Below are positions 1 through 11,900 of a stretch of DNA of 64,000 nucleotides, piece by piece. The translations under genes and the position numbers were made by a program. Every line of letters begins with the position of its first letter. The first letter of the stretch is position 1. The notes under the pieces were generated by a model that worked only from the letters and a program-made list of their open reading frames with translations, was not told where the DNA came from and searched no databases. Origin of the DNA: Candidatus Nomurabacteria bacterium (GTDB taxonomy: Bacteria > Patescibacteriota > Patescibacteriia > HK-STAS-PATE-3); NCBI GenBank assembly GCA_023898465.1, contig CP060223.1, forward strand, positions 64,001 through 128,000. Direction: 5' to 3'.

Positions 1-2
1 TT

Positions 3-3000
3 GGCACCGGCGCTTATGGATATGCTGGACTGAGTTTAGATGTGACGAATCCGGCGAATACATCTGTAAGTTTGGAAACTCGTACGTGCTCGGATGCTGG
101 ATGTGCTGGTGATGAAAACGATGCACATTGGAGTGATTGGGCAGAAGCGACCAGCACGCAAAGCCTTGGGAGCGTCACCTCATATACCGTTGCTTCCAGT
201 GTTGCGCAGTATGGTCAGGTTCGCATTCGCTTTGTGTCTGATCAACTCTATACCTCCAGCGTACATAGCCTTAGTTGGTCTTCGTATAGTGATGGAACTG
301 CACCAAATAATCCAAGCGCAGCTAGTGCGTATACTGATTCAGGCAAGACAACTGGAATCACGGACAATACTTGGACCGCTGAAACAACTCCGTATTTTGA
401 ATGGAGCTCCACAGATAATACCGGCGGTATAGGCGTACAGGGCGCTTATGTCTACTTTGGTACAAACAGCGCTCTTGATCCTGTCGACGATGCCGATGAT
501 GCAACGAACTTGGCCTATAAGAGTGGTACTAACTTCTATAACGCAAGTAGCGGAACAGTATCCTGGGATGCATCTACGCAGGCATCAGGATCCTTGAGCT
601 CTGGTACTTACTACCTCAAAGTAAAAACACAGGACTTTAATACAAATGTAACCGCATCGGCTGCATCTATCTTTACTTACAAAATTGATACACAGGTTCC
701 AACTGATCCAAGTGGTGTCTCAGCCGATCCAGCAGGATATACCTCGGTGAATAATTTTGACTTCTCTTGGACTGCTTCCTCCGACACACACTCAGGTGTG
801 ACTCAATATTGTTGGAAGACCGGGGACGTAGGCTCAACTGATACTTGTATCGATTCTAGCATAACAACGGTGACTGACATTCTGGCATATCAAACTCGTG
901 GCAATACCTTCTATGTTCGTGCCAAGGACAATGCGGGGAACTATTCTAACTACGCAACAACAACCTACTTCTATGCTGGTGATGCGCCGACGGAGCCGCT
1001 TACGCTTGTAGCCACTCCAACAACGGCTGAGAATACAAATGCCTTCTCATTCTCATGGAGCTTACCAAATACTTGTCTTGGCCGGACACCATGTCAGGCT
1101 GCTGACATTATTCGTTACTGTTATACGATTAACGAGTTGCCGAGTCAGGCAAACTGTGGCACAAATTTGGATGGCAACGCTACGCCAAGTCCGGACGGAG
1201 GATGGACCACGTCGACTCAGACATCTAATCGACTCTTGCCGGCCTTCTCAGCTGCGACTCAGCAGGATGTAAACACGCTCTACTTGGTAGCAGCTGATGC
1301 GATTAATAATATTGATTACGCGAATTACGCAGAAGTGAACTATACTTTCACTTCTACTGCCCCTGGACCTCCAGCCAGCTTGCAAGCAACTGACTCATCT
1401 GATCGGGCTAGCGAAGAATTTTCAACTACCTTAACTTGGAGCACGCCAAGCGATGTAGGGGACGGCGTTGAGTTATACAAAATTTATCGTTGTGACGAAA
1501 ATAGTACTGACTGTGATAATCCTTCATCAAGCGAAGATCCGCCAACCTATTACACCAATATCGCAAATACTACTACACGCGGTTATCTCGATGTTGAGCT
1601 AGATACGACCATTACTTATCGTTACTTTGTCCGGGCAATTGGGCCAGGTAATGCGCCGTCTGGTAATTCTGCTGTAGTAAGCATTAAGCCAGAGGGTAAG
1701 TTTGTGAATCCTCCACTCATTATTGGACAAGTATCAGCGGTGCCAAAGGTAACTACCGCTGAGATGGAGTGGTTGACCGCTGATGATGTAGGTACCGGTG
1801 GTGTTGTTATTCCTCACCCTGCTTCTTCCTTTGTTGAATATGGAGAAACTACCGCCTATGGTAACGAAACCGGTTCATCTGAATTGGTGAATGCGCACAG
1901 CGTGACTATAACCGGCTTAGCTGCTGATACCACCTATCATGCGCGGGCGTTCTGGATTGATGTCGATGGAAATCGTGGTGAGTCATCAGACTTTGAATTC
2001 ACTACCTTGGGCGCCCCATCTGCCCCAACAAACGTAACAGTAGATCCGACCACAAACACAGCAAATCGATTCACTTTCTCATGGGATGCACCAAGCGACG
2101 AAGGTATTGAGATTGGTGGGTATTTCTACTCAGTGAATACTTTGCCAAATGAAACGAATGCCAAGTTTACTGCGAACACCAGCGTGGGTCCGTTCCGAGC
2201 AGCTACTCAGCAGGATAAAAATACTTTCTACGTTGTGGCATCTGACACTTCAGCCAACGTCGATTTCGATAACTACGCTACGGTAGAATTTGAAGCACAT
2301 ACGACACCGCCTGAACCTCCGCTTAATCTCTTTATCGAAGACTCATCAAACCGTGATACTGAAAATTATCTCGCTACGCTGACCTGGTCCGAGCCGGGCA
2401 TTCCAACCAGTACAGGAGGTCTCGTTTCGAGTGAGGAAGTAGACGAGGAAATTTCTTACGAGGTGTATCGTAAAGCTGAAGGGGAGGATGACTTTAGTAA
2501 AATTGCTAGCGTCAGTTCAACCGCTTATCTTGATGCAGGACTAGAGGGTGGAAAAACATATGAGTATACTGTCACGGCAGCTGATTCGGCTGGTGCAACT
2601 TCAGACCAGGCTGAGGCGGTGGATGTCGTTCCAACTGGTCGCTACACAACACCGCCGGATATTACTCAGGGCCCAACAGTCACGGCTGATTCCTTTAGCG
2701 CCAAGGTAGAATGGGACACTGAACGTCCAACATCCTCATTCATAGAGTTTGGTCTCACAGCAGATTTAGGTGATGAGCAAGGCACCTCTGATCTTATTTC
2801 AGATCATAGTGTGATTGTTACTGGCTTGAAGCCTACTACAACATACTACTATCGCGTGAAGTCGATCGATATTGATGAAAACGTGGGCTATTCCAGCGTG
2901 GGTAGCTTTACTACCCTAGAGGCTCCGCGAGTGCTTGATGCAAAGATTAGTAACATACGTCTCTTTGACGCTACTATTACTTGGACCACCAACAAGGAAA

Positions 3001-3854
3001 CAACCACTGCCTTACAATATGGCACTACGACTAATTATGGATTTACAGTGAATGACACTAGTGGCTCATTTGCCTTCACACATACTTTGCAGCTACAAGG
3101 CTTGGCCGACGGCACGACATATAATGTCCAGTTAACCGGTACTGATCGTAGTGGAAATGCCGTCCAATCTGACAACTATGTATTTACTACGCTGACCTTC
3201 CCGCGCATCCTCAGCTTTGAAACTGAAAACAAAGCAGAGGGAGAGACTGAAGTTCGTTGGACTACCAATGTGCCAACTACTTCTCTCGTTGAGTACTATA
3301 ACGAAACAAGTCCGCCAAAAACACAAGGTAACACTGCCCTGGTGACTGATCACGCTATCCTCCTCTTTGGTCTCGAGGACGCTACAGTATACAACTATAC
3401 AATTCTCGGCGAAGATCAGTTTGGTAATAAGGTAGAGTCGGATGAAAATAATTTCCGTACCTTGGAAGATACCACGCCGCCAATTATTTCCAACGTAAAA
3501 GTAGAATCAAACACCATTGGTTCTGGTGAGGCTTCTCGTGTACAGATCATTGTTAGCTTCCGGACAAATGAACCCACCTCTACTCAAGTGCTCTATGGAC
3601 AGGGATCAGCAGGTACCACCCAAGAGACTGATGTAAATGGTGAGCTTGTGTATGATCATTTGATGGTTATTCAAGATCTTGATCCGGCGCGTACTTACGT
3701 CGTAAAAGCTGTGGCAGTTGATAAGGCCGGAAACGGTTCAGAGTCTGATGTGTACACTGTGTTGACGTCACGATCACGTGATTCCTTCCTCCAGCTTATC
3801 ATCGCCAACCTCGAAGACACCTTTGCCTGGCTCGGTAATTTGACTCCGGGTTAG
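3..3854 (+). CDS. giant FN3-repeat cell-surface protein (paralog 0), 5'-truncated by window edge; ends with conserved C-terminal tail
   Basis: The reading frame is open from nt 3, and the first in-frame GTG is at 42. There are multiple ~100-aa FN3-like repeats (TTPP...EW.T...YG...TTYYYRV). The C-terminus, RDSFLQLIIANLEDTFAWLGNLTPG, is homologous to the tails of the four downstream genes. Confidence 0.75.
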   Translation, partial: GTGAYGYAGLSLDVTNPANTSVSLETRTCSDAGCAGDENDAHWSDWAEATSTQSLGSVTSYTVASSVAQYGQVRIRFVSDQLYTSSVHSLSWSSYSDGTAPNNPSAASAYTDSGKTTGITDNTWTAETTPYFEWSSTDNTGGIGVQGAYVYFGTNSALDPVDDADDATNLAYKSGTNFYNASSGTVSWDASTQASGSLSSGTYYLKVKTQDFNTNVTASAASIFTYKIDTQVPTDPSGVSADPAGYTSVNNFDFSWTASSDTHSGVTQYCWKTGDVGSTDTCIDSSITTVTDILAYQTRGNTFYVRAKDNAGNYSNYATTTYFYAGDAPTEPLTLVATPTTAENTNAFSFSWSLPNTCLGRTPCQAADIIRYCYTINELPSQANCGTNLDGNATPSPDGGWTTSTQTSNRLLPAFSAATQQDVNTLYLVAADAINNIDYANYAEVNYTFTSTAPGPPASLQATDSSDRASEEFSTTLTWSTPSDVGDGVELYKIYRCDENSTDCDNPSSSEDPPTYYTNIANTTTRGYLDVELDTTITYRYFVRAIGPGNAPSGNSAVVSIKPEGKFVNPPLIIGQVSAVPKVTTAEMEWLTADDVGTGGVVIPHPASSFVEYGETTAYGNETGSSELVNAHSVTITGLAADTTYHARAFWIDVDGNRGESSDFEFTTLGAPSAPTNVTVDPTTNTANRFTFSWDAPSDEGIEIGGYFYSVNTLPNETNAKFTANTSVGPFRAATQQDKNTFYVVASDTSANVDFDNYATVEFEAHTTPPEPPLNLFIEDSSNRDTENYLATLTWSEPGIPTSTGGLVSSEEVDEEISYEVYRKAEGEDDFSKIASVSSTAYLDAGLEGGKTYEYTVTAADSAGATSDQAEAVDVVPTGRYTTPPDITQGPTVTADSFSAKVEWDTERPTSSFIEFGLTADLGDEQGTSDLISDHSVIVTGLKPTTTYYYRVKSIDIDENVGYSSVGSFTTLEAPRVLDAKISNIRLFDATITWTTNKETTTALQYGTTTNYGFTVNDTSGSFAFTHTLQLQGLADGTTYNVQLTGTDRSGNAVQSDNYVFTTLTFPRILSFETENKAEGETEVRWTTNVPTTSLVEYYNETSPPKTQGNTALVTDHAILLFGLEDATVYNYTILGEDQFGNKVESDENNFRTLEDTTPPIISNVKVESNTIGSGEASRVQIIVSFRTNEPTSTQVLYGQGSAGTTQETDVNGELVYDHLMVIQDLDPARTYVVKAVAVDKAGNGSESDVYTVLTSRSRDSFLQLIIANLEDTFAWLGNLTPG

Positions 3855-3991
3855 CGAGATAAGATAGGGTAAAAATCCTTTTTGGGTTTGAAAAAACTCA
3901 GAGTGTTTTGTTGTTGACGAAATGATGAAAATATATCAAAATAAAACGGTAGTTTAACTTTTCTTTACTGAAAGAAAAAGGGGGATTTGGC

Positions 3992-6900
3992 TTGAAGATT
4001 AGCCAAGGAAAGAAAAAACAGGACTGGAAGGCTAGAAAAAAGAGAAAGTCAGGAAGATTCAGCCTTTTCAGTAATTTTTTTCAGAAAAATCGACGTCGTC
4101 AGACTAAACTGGAGCAACCCCACAGCTTAAAGCCTGGGGCTGTTTTATTGCAGCTTTTTAGACAGACGCGACGTTACCGGGCTCAACAGCTTGTCTCTAT
4201 TAGTCTGGCAATTGTTTTGCTCTTGGCTTTTGGTTTTCAAATGTTTGTTGTAGCGGCGCCACCTGAAACTGCTTTTACGACGGTAAGCTCCGATGCTGAA
4301 TGGAATATGGGCACGCTTGAAGATGTCACTGTGAATAGTGGCAGCATTGAAATTTCTGGAGACGGGGGAGCTGGCTGGTTGAGTGGATGGCAAAATAGGC
4401 AGCCGGTCACAATTACCAATACCGGTTCAGCGCAGACAAACTATCAAGTAAGAGTTGATGTTACCTATGATGCCAAAATGCAGGCGGATTTTGATGATTT
4501 ACGTTTTGCAAAAGCTGATGGCACTGAGCTGGACTTTTGGCTGCAATCTAAAGTTGATTCTACCTCAGCCGTTGTTTGGGTGGAGGTGGATTCTTTGGCT
4601 GGATCGGGCGATACGGTGATCTACATGTATTACAATAATTCTGGCGCTTCGAGTACATCGGACGGAGCGGCGACTTTTCCTCTCTTTGATGATTTCAATG
4701 ATGCAAGTATAGACACGGGTAAATGGGTAGAAGTTGATCCCAGCTCAAAAATTGATGAATCAGCCGGATCGCTCCGTTTCCTTTACGGGTCTGGTAGTGG
4801 AGCATGGAATGCAAGTGTGTATGGCGTCACTTCTTTTACGCGGGCGGATTGGAGTTTTGAGTGGGATCAAACTTGGATTAGCGATTATAATCCATATGAC
4901 GCCTTCATGTTTGGCTGGAAAGATGATGGCGGAGCGGTAAGTTACACAAATCTCGTGTATGGCTACTACAATAGTGGGTCGGGTTTTTGTACAACGAACT
5001 GTACAGGGAATGTGTATGAAGATGGGAATAGTCGGGGAAATGCTGGAGTATGGGACAAAGATGTAACGTATAATCTGCGGGTTCGCATGCGAAGTGCTGG
5101 CGGAGCTTACTATGAAAAGAGTACAAACAATGGGGGATCATGGACAACCGATTATACAAGCACCTATTCAACTGAGGCTTCTCTTCATCCAGCCTGGATG
5201 CATTACGCAGGTGATTATTTGATTGATAATGTGCGGGTACGTAAATGGATGGCAAGCGAGCCAAGTCTTGTCTTTGGCACCGAAGAATCCGCCCTCCAAT
5301 CACCTGGGACCTACACCTCCCACAACCTTGATCTCCAGTATATCTACCAATGGGGAGACTGTGCCTCTGGCTGTAATGACTCTTCCACTGCCTTCACTAC
5401 CAACATCACGGTTCCCAGTAACACCTCAGTCCAGTTTGAACTCCGCCATTCAGCTGACGGCTCCACCAACTGGTCATCATGGACATCCCTGGCTACCTAC
5501 ACTACCTCTGGTACCAAAACGCTCACCCGAGGAGACCTAGTGGGTCTCATTGGTGATATCTTCAATCGTTATGTCCAAACTCGGATTACGCTGACCTCCT
5601 CAGATGGGAGTAGTAATCCTTCCATCGCTGACTACCGCTACGACTACACCAGAGAAACTGATCCGCCCAGTAATCCCAACACGCAGAATGGCTATGCCTC
5701 GAATGGAGGAGCAGCCATTACTTCAGGTAATTGGTACAACCATCCAGCTCCCTACTTCACCTGGAGTGGCGCCAGTGACACTGATGCTGGTATGTCCGGA
5801 GGCTACTCCGGCTACTGGGTCTGCTTTGGCACCTCATCCTGTGAACCTACCTCTGGTACCTTTGTGTCTTCCGCTGCCTACACGGCTGGGAGTCTCACTA
5901 CCAATACGACCTACTACCTCCGCATCAAAGCGAGAGATGCTGCCGGCAATGTGGCCACCTCAGCCTACGATGCCTTTACCTACAAATACGACGCCACCCC
6001 ACCAGCCAATCCCTCTGGTATCCTGCCTGATCCGGCTGGCTTTACCAATGTGAATGACTTTGACTTCACCTGGAATACCGGCTCCGATGCGGGTGGCTCT
6101 GGTATTGCTGAATACTGCTACAAGACCGGAGAAGATGGCTATGTCGAAACCTGTACCGCCTCCACCTCAGTCACGGGTATTACTGCCTACCAAGAAGGAG
6201 CCAATATCTTTTACGTGAGAAGTAAAGATATCGCTGGCAACCTCCCCACCTTCTACACCCAGGTCTCTTACTACTACTCTGCCAATGCGCCTTCACCACC
6301 GCAAGGACTCGAGGTGGACCCCACAGAGAACACGGCCAACTCCTTTACCTTTACCTGGCTACTTCCCGCCTCCTACTCCAATCCGATTGCCACCTACCAT
6401 TACTCGGTAAATGCCTTACCCACGGCAAGTAACACGACCGCAACGACCAACCTCAGTGTCGGTCCTGGTGCCTTTGCCACCCAACAAGGCACGAACATCT
6501 TCTATGTCGTCGCCAAAGACACCGCTGGCAACGTGGAATGGGACTCCTACGCTGCAGTTGAGTTCACCGCCAATACCACTGCTCCAGGTATTCCAACTGG
6601 TGTGACCCTGACAGACTCATCCATTCGGGCCCAGAACAAGTATTCCCTCACCCTCACCTGGGATGCTCCAGAGAACGAAGGCTCAGGTATTGATCACTAC
6701 GTCATTGACCGCTCAACCACTATCGGCTGCAGTGATGGTTCAGGTACCTGGGTCCAGCATGCCACCACCACCGCTGAAGGCTACTTTGATCCGAATCTTT
6801 CCAATACCACGACCTACTGCTACCGCGTGAAGGCAGCCGACAATGCCGGAGCCCAATCCGCCACCTCCTCTATTGTCTCCATGCGTCCAGAAGGCCGCTT

Positions 6901-7528
6901 CACTGAACCTCCAGAACTCATTGGCTCCCCAGGGGTTGAAGCCTACATCCAGTCGGCGACCGTCGAGTGGCTGACTGATCGCGAAGGCAGCTCCTTTGTG
7001 GAGTTTGGCACGTCCTCAGATACTCTTGATCGTGTCATGGGCCAAGACGACTTTGTGACCAGTCACAGTGTCACCCTCCTCGACCTTGATCCGGCTACTA
7101 CCTACTACTATCGTACGAAATACACTGACCAAGACAGTAATACCGGCTATTCTTCAGTCCTCTCCTTTACCACTGCTGATGCACCGTCAGCTCCGACCAA
7201 CCTCAGTGTGGACCCAGAGAGTAATACCCGAAACTCCTTTACCTTTGCCTGGGATCCCCCCAGTGATGCTGGAGTCACTATTCAAGGCTACTTCTACAGT
7301 GTGAATGATGTCCCCACCAGTACGAATACCTCCTTCACTGCTCAGCAAGAGCTTGGCCCTGGCGCATATGCCACGAGACAAGGGAGAACGTCTTCTACCT
7401 TGTCGCTATTGATGAAGGAACAATGTGAACTACGACAACTATGCTGCAGTCGCTTTCACTGCCACGACCCCCGCTCCTGCCATCCCCACCGGCCTCATCA
7501 TTACCGATGCCTCGAACCGAGAAACTGA
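3992..7528 (+). CDS. giant surface protein paralog 1, N-terminal 1178-aa part (basic tail + TM anchor, DUF2341-like, ConA/glucanase-like head, FN3 array); frame lost near 7381-7420
   Basis: A TTG start is preceded by the RBS aaaggggga. A K/R-rich N-terminus is followed by a hydrophobic helix. The motif W.NRQPVTI...DFDDLRFAKADGTELDFWLQ...VWVEV...IYMYYNN matches DUF2341, and FDDFND..IDTGKW opens a ConA-like domain, followed by FN3 repeats. The ORF stops after two 1-nt deletions (GGGG->GGG at ~7384, loss of c at ~7419) relative to the intact copy at 22700. Confidence 0.7.
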   Translation: MKISQGKKKQDWKARKKRKSGRFSLFSNFFQKNRRRQTKLEQPHSLKPGAVLLQLFRQTRRYRAQQLVSISLAIVLLLAFGFQMFVVAAPPETAFTTVSSDAEWNMGTLEDVTVNSGSIEISGDGGAGWLSGWQNRQPVTITNTGSAQTNYQVRVDVTYDAKMQADFDDLRFAKADGTELDFWLQSKVDSTSAVVWVEVDSLAGSGDTVIYMYYNNSGASSTSDGAATFPLFDDFNDASIDTGKWVEVDPSSKIDESAGSLRFLYGSGSGAWNASVYGVTSFTRADWSFEWDQTWISDYNPYDAFMFGWKDDGGAVSYTNLVYGYYNSGSGFCTTNCTGNVYEDGNSRGNAGVWDKDVTYNLRVRMRSAGGAYYEKSTNNGGSWTTDYTSTYSTEASLHPAWMHYAGDYLIDNVRVRKWMASEPSLVFGTEESALQSPGTYTSHNLDLQYIYQWGDCASGCNDSSTAFTTNITVPSNTSVQFELRHSADGSTNWSSWTSLATYTTSGTKTLTRGDLVGLIGDIFNRYVQTRITLTSSDGSSNPSIADYRYDYTRETDPPSNPNTQNGYASNGGAAITSGNWYNHPAPYFTWSGASDTDAGMSGGYSGYWVCFGTSSCEPTSGTFVSSAAYTAGSLTTNTTYYLRIKARDAAGNVATSAYDAFTYKYDATPPANPSGILPDPAGFTNVNDFDFTWNTGSDAGGSGIAEYCYKTGEDGYVETCTASTSVTGITAYQEGANIFYVRSKDIAGNLPTFYTQVSYYYSANAPSPPQGLEVDPTENTANSFTFTWLLPASYSNPIATYHYSVNALPTASNTTATTNLSVGPGAFATQQGTNIFYVVAKDTAGNVEWDSYAAVEFTANTTAPGIPTGVTLTDSSIRAQNKYSLTLTWDAPENEGSGIDHYVIDRSTTIGCSDGSGTWVQHATTTAEGYFDPNLSNTTTYCYRVKAADNAGAQSATSSIVSMRPEGRFTEPPELIGSPGVEAYIQSATVEWLTDREGSSFVEFGTSSDTLDRVMGQDDFVTSHSVTLLDLDPATTYYYRTKYTDQDSNTGYSSVLSFTTADAPSAPTNLSVDPESNTRNSFTFAWDPPSDAGVTIQGYFYSVNDVPTSTNTSFTAQQELGPGAYATRQGRTSSTLSLLMKEQCELRQLCCSRFHCHDPRSCHPHRPHHYRCLEPRN

Positions 7529-8999
7529 AGACTACTCTATTGCCTTGAAGTGGAAAGCAGTGACCACTGAACAAGCCGGTAGCCTGGAAGATGACGCGGT
7601 GACCTACGAGATTCTCCGTTCCACTGATGGAGACAGCTTCTCCACCGTGGCCAACATTACCTCGACTGGCTACCTGGACGTCGATCTCGACAATACGACG
7701 GAGTATTACTACCAAGTGAAAGCCAAAGACTCCGCCGGCGCTGCTTCAGCTCCTTCGACCACCGTCTCAGATATCCCTGAGGGGAGATATACCACTCCAC
7801 CGGAGATTACCAAAGCCCCCCACGTTACTCCTTCCAGCTTCTCAGCCAAGGTAGAGTGGAGTACTGGACGGCCAACTACCTCCTTTGTTCAATTTGGCAC
7901 TAACCCCGCCTCATTAACAGAAGAGCAGGGTACTTCAAACCTTATCGCTGACCACGAGGTAACCATTGAGGGTTTGCAGCCTGAAACTACGTATTCATAT
8001 AGAGTAAAAAGTGTTGATGTGGATGGAAACATTTCACATTCAAGTGTTGCTACATTTACCACCCAGGCTGCTCCACGTGTTTCAAATGTAGGCATCAGCG
8101 ACGTACGTTTATTTGATGCTCTCATTAGCTGGGAAACAAATAAAGCGACCACAACTTCACTTGAGTATGGCACCACCACGAACTATGGTACAACGGTGAG
8201 CGATGCAACAGGATCAACTACCACATCTCATTTATATAAGTTAGAGAATTTGCAAGATGACACGCTCTACCATCTTCGTTTCCGTGGCGTTGATGCAGAA
8301 GGGACGCAAGTTAGTTCCGACGACTACACCTTCACCACCCTGACTTTCCCCCGGGTCGAGAACATCACCTGGGCTAATCAAGCCGAAGGCGAGACCGAAG
8401 TGCAATGGACTACGAATGTCCCCACCACCTCCCAAGTGGAATATTACAACGAAACTACTCCAGCCAAGACCCAAGGTAATACGGTCCTGACCACGGAACA
8501 CTCCGTCCTCCTCTTTGGCCTCGACGATGCCACCATTTACCAATTCCAAGTCCGAGGCACTGACCAATTTGGCTACGAAGCCATCTCAGATGAGCAAGAG
8601 TTCCGTACCCTGGAAGATACTACCCCTCCAGTCGTGAGTAATGTGCAGGTAGAGTCCAATACCATTGGCTCAGGTGAGCTCTCTCGTGTGCAGATCATTG
8701 TCCGCTGGACCACCAATGAGCCTACCTCTTCTCAAGTCCGCTTTGGTGAAGGAAATAACCTTTCCTCTGAATCAGATGTGAACCCAGAGTTAGTCTATGA
8801 TCACCTCCTTGTCGTCTCAGACCTAGAACCAGCGAGAACCTACAATATTCAAGCTATTGCCGTCGACAAAGCAGGGAATAGTACTGACTCTGATACCTAC
8901 CGAGTGCTTACCACCCGTCGGAGAGATTCCTTCCTCCAACTGGTCATTGGCAACCTGGAAGACACCTTTGCCTGGTTTACTAATATTGGAGGACTCTGA
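7425..8999 (+). CDS. C-terminal continuation of paralog 1 (FN3 repeats + conserved C-terminal tail) in shifted frame
   Basis: It translates as ...YDNYAAVAFTATTPAPAIPTGLIITDASNRETE..., collinear with residues ~1190-1712 of the intact paralog 4. It ends in ...RRRDSFLQLVIGNLEDTFAWFTNIGGL. Confidence 0.65.
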   Translation: MNYDNYAAVAFTATTPAPAIPTGLIITDASNRETEDYSIALKWKAVTTEQAGSLEDDAVTYEILRSTDGDSFSTVANITSTGYLDVDLDNTTEYYYQVKAKDSAGAASAPSTTVSDIPEGRYTTPPEITKAPHVTPSSFSAKVEWSTGRPTTSFVQFGTNPASLTEEQGTSNLIADHEVTIEGLQPETTYSYRVKSVDVDGNISHSSVATFTTQAAPRVSNVGISDVRLFDALISWETNKATTTSLEYGTTTNYGTTVSDATGSTTTSHLYKLENLQDDTLYHLRFRGVDAEGTQVSSDDYTFTTLTFPRVENITWANQAEGETEVQWTTNVPTTSQVEYYNETTPAKTQGNTVLTTEHSVLLFGLDDATIYQFQVRGTDQFGYEAISDEQEFRTLEDTTPPVVSNVQVESNTIGSGELSRVQIIVRWTTNEPTSSQVRFGEGNNLSSESDVNPELVYDHLLVVSDLEPARTYNIQAIAVDKAGNSTDSDTYRVLTTRRRDSFLQLVIGNLEDTFAWFTNIGGL

Positions 9000-11900
9000 T
9001 GGCACGGACGATGAAACATTGGCATAGAGGTGCAAAGAAGCGACCAGCTCATCCAGCAACACGTACGAGCTATCGTCGAAAATATCGCCAGCAAGTAGGT
9101 ATCTCGATTGCGGTGTTTTCACTTTTCCTACTCACTATCTCGTCATTTATCCAGGCAGCCGCACCAGAAGCCACCTACGTTGAAGTAACTTCAGACGCGG
9201 ACTGGAACATGGGCACCTTGAGCGATGTTACGGTGAATAGTGGGAGTATTGAAATCTCTGGAGATGGGGGAGCAAACTGGATAGCAGAATCAGGATGGCA
9301 ATTGCGGCAAAAGATTACCTTTGATGCTTCTACGCTCACGACATCTCTGAGTTATTTTCCCATCATGGTGCATATTGATAATACAAATACGGATTTTTGG
9401 GCAGGAGCGGCAAGTCGTGACGAAGTACGCTTCGGTGATAGCGATGGTGCCGTTTTAGATTTTCATTTTGAAAAATTTGATCATACTGCCGATGATGCCA
9501 TTGCCTGGGTTGAAGTGCCAACGCTAACTAATGATTCTTCTGATCACATATATCTCTATTATGGACACGCTTCACCAGCTAACGGTGAAGATGAAGCGGG
9601 CACCTATGATAATGACGGAAATTTTGTTGGCGTTTGGCACATGGCAGAGACAAGTGGTACGTCATATGATTCTACAAGTAATAACGTTGACCTCACTCCT
9701 CGCAATGCACCAACCCAAGATGAAACTGGCAAGGTAAATGGAGGAGATGGCTTCACAGGAAACGGCGACGCGCTCCATAATCAAACGTCAAGTATCGTAT
9801 TTGGAAATAGTATTACTCTAGAAGGTTGGTTTAAGCGAACCGGATCCGGTACTGGGTCCGGAAGAATTTTAGAATTTTCCCTGGATGGCGACGCTGATAG
9901 CCACGCCTTAGCCGTCGATTCAGACGGTTCACTTCGAGCCTGGGTGCAATGTACGACTGGTCGAGTTGGCAGCGCTGATGATCCTACTGTATATGGTACA
10001 GGAACTTGGTATTACTTCGCTTACACCTATGACGGATCGATTGGTCGACTTTATGTGAATGGTGTTCAGAAAAAAACTGCAAGTGGATCTTGTGCAAATT
10101 TAGATGATGCAGGGGACACTATTCTTGGAGCAATTTCTGACCAGAGCGGTGCTTACTCCCTGCCGCAACATGAATTTGATGGATATTTAGATGAACATCG
10201 TGCTTCTGATGTAGCTCGATCAGCTGATTGGATTAAAGCTGCTTATCTCTCCGAAACCGACACCCTCATCTCGACCTGGGGAAGTGAAGAATCCGCCCTC
10301 CAATCACCTGGCACTTACACCTCCCACAACCTTGATCTCCAGTATATCTACCAATGGGGAGACTGTGCCTCTGGCTGTAATGACTCTTCCACTGCCTTCA
10401 CTACCAACATCACGGTTCCCAGTAACACCTCAGTTCAGTTTGAACTCCGCCATTCAGCTGACGGCTCCACCAACTGGTCATCATGGACATCCCTGGCCAC
10501 CTACACCTCCTCTGGTACCAAAACGCTCACCCGAGGAGAGATGGTCACCCTCGTAGGCGATATCTTCAATCGTTATGTCCAAACCAGAATTACCCTCAGC
10601 TCCTCAGATGGCAGTAGTAATCCTTCCATCGCTGACTACCGCTACGACTACACCAGAGAAACTGATCCCCCCAGTAATCCCAACACCCAGAATGGCTATG
10701 CCTCGAATGGAGGAGCAGCCATTACTTCAGGTAATTGGTACAACCATCCTGCTCCCTACTTCACCTGGAGTGGAGCCAGTGATACTGATGCTGGTATGTC
10801 CGGAGGCTACTCCGGCTACTGGGTCTGCTTTGGCACCTCATCCTGTGAACCTACCTCTGGTACCTTTGTGTCTTCCGCTGCCTACACGGCTGGGAGTCTC
10901 ACTACCAATACGACCTACTACCTCCGCATCAAAGCGAGAGATGCTGCCGGCAATGTGGCCACCTCAGCCTACGATGCCTTTACCTACAAATACGACGCCA
11001 CCCCACCAGCCAATCCCTCTGGTATCCTGCCTGATCCGGCTGGCTTTACCAATGTGAATGACTTTGACTTCACCTGGAATACCGGCTCCGATGCGGGTGG
11101 CTCTGGTATTGCTGAATACTGCTACAAGACCGGAGAAGACGGCTATGTCGAAACCTGTACCGCCTCCACCTCAGTCACGGGTATTACTGCCTACCAAGAA
11201 GGAGCCAATATCTTTTACGTGAGAAGTAAAGATATCGCTGGCAACCTTCCCACCTTCTACACCCAGGTGTCCTACTACTACTCGGCCAATGCTCCTTCAC
11301 CACCGCAGGGACTTGCGGTTGATCCGACCGAGAACACGGCGAACTCCTTTACCTTTACCTGGCTTGCTCCCGCCTCCTACTCCAACCCGATTGCCACCTA
11401 CCATTACTCGGTGAATGCCTTACCCACGGCAAGTAACACGACCGCAACGACCAACCTCAGTGTCGGTCCTGGTGCCTTTGCCACCCAACAAGGCACGAAC
11501 ATCTTCTATGTCGTCGCCAAAGACACCGCTGGCAACGTGGAATGGGACTCCTACGCTGCAGTTGAGTTCACCGCCAATACCACTGCTCCAGGTATTCCAA
11601 CTGGTGTGACCCTGACCGACTCATCCATTCGGGCCCAGAACAAGTATTCCCTCACCCTCACCTGGGATGCTCCAGAGAACGAAGGCTCAGGTATTGATCA
11701 CTACGTCATTGACCGCTCAACCACTATCGGCTGCAGTGATGGTTCAGGTACCTGGGTCCAGCATGCCACCACCACCGCTGAAGGCTACTTTGATCCGAAT
11801 CTTTCCAATACCACCACCTACTGCTACCGCGTGAAGGCAGCCGACAATGCCGGAGCCCAATCCGCCACCTCCTCTATTGTCTCCATGCGTCCAGAAGGCC

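Noticed and set aside
5604-6053. Recurrent 64-160-aa Pro/Thr/Leu-rich ORFs in alternative frames inside the FN3 repeat modules (also 5223..5540, 6411..6605, 10575..11057, 15754..16236, 11415..11609, 16594..16788, 21731..21925, 7395..7715, 12454..12717, 17527..17901, 22507..23037)
   Set aside because: They are copies of the same off-frame or antisense reading of the repeated module and are low-complexity. The real frame is the FN3-encoding one.
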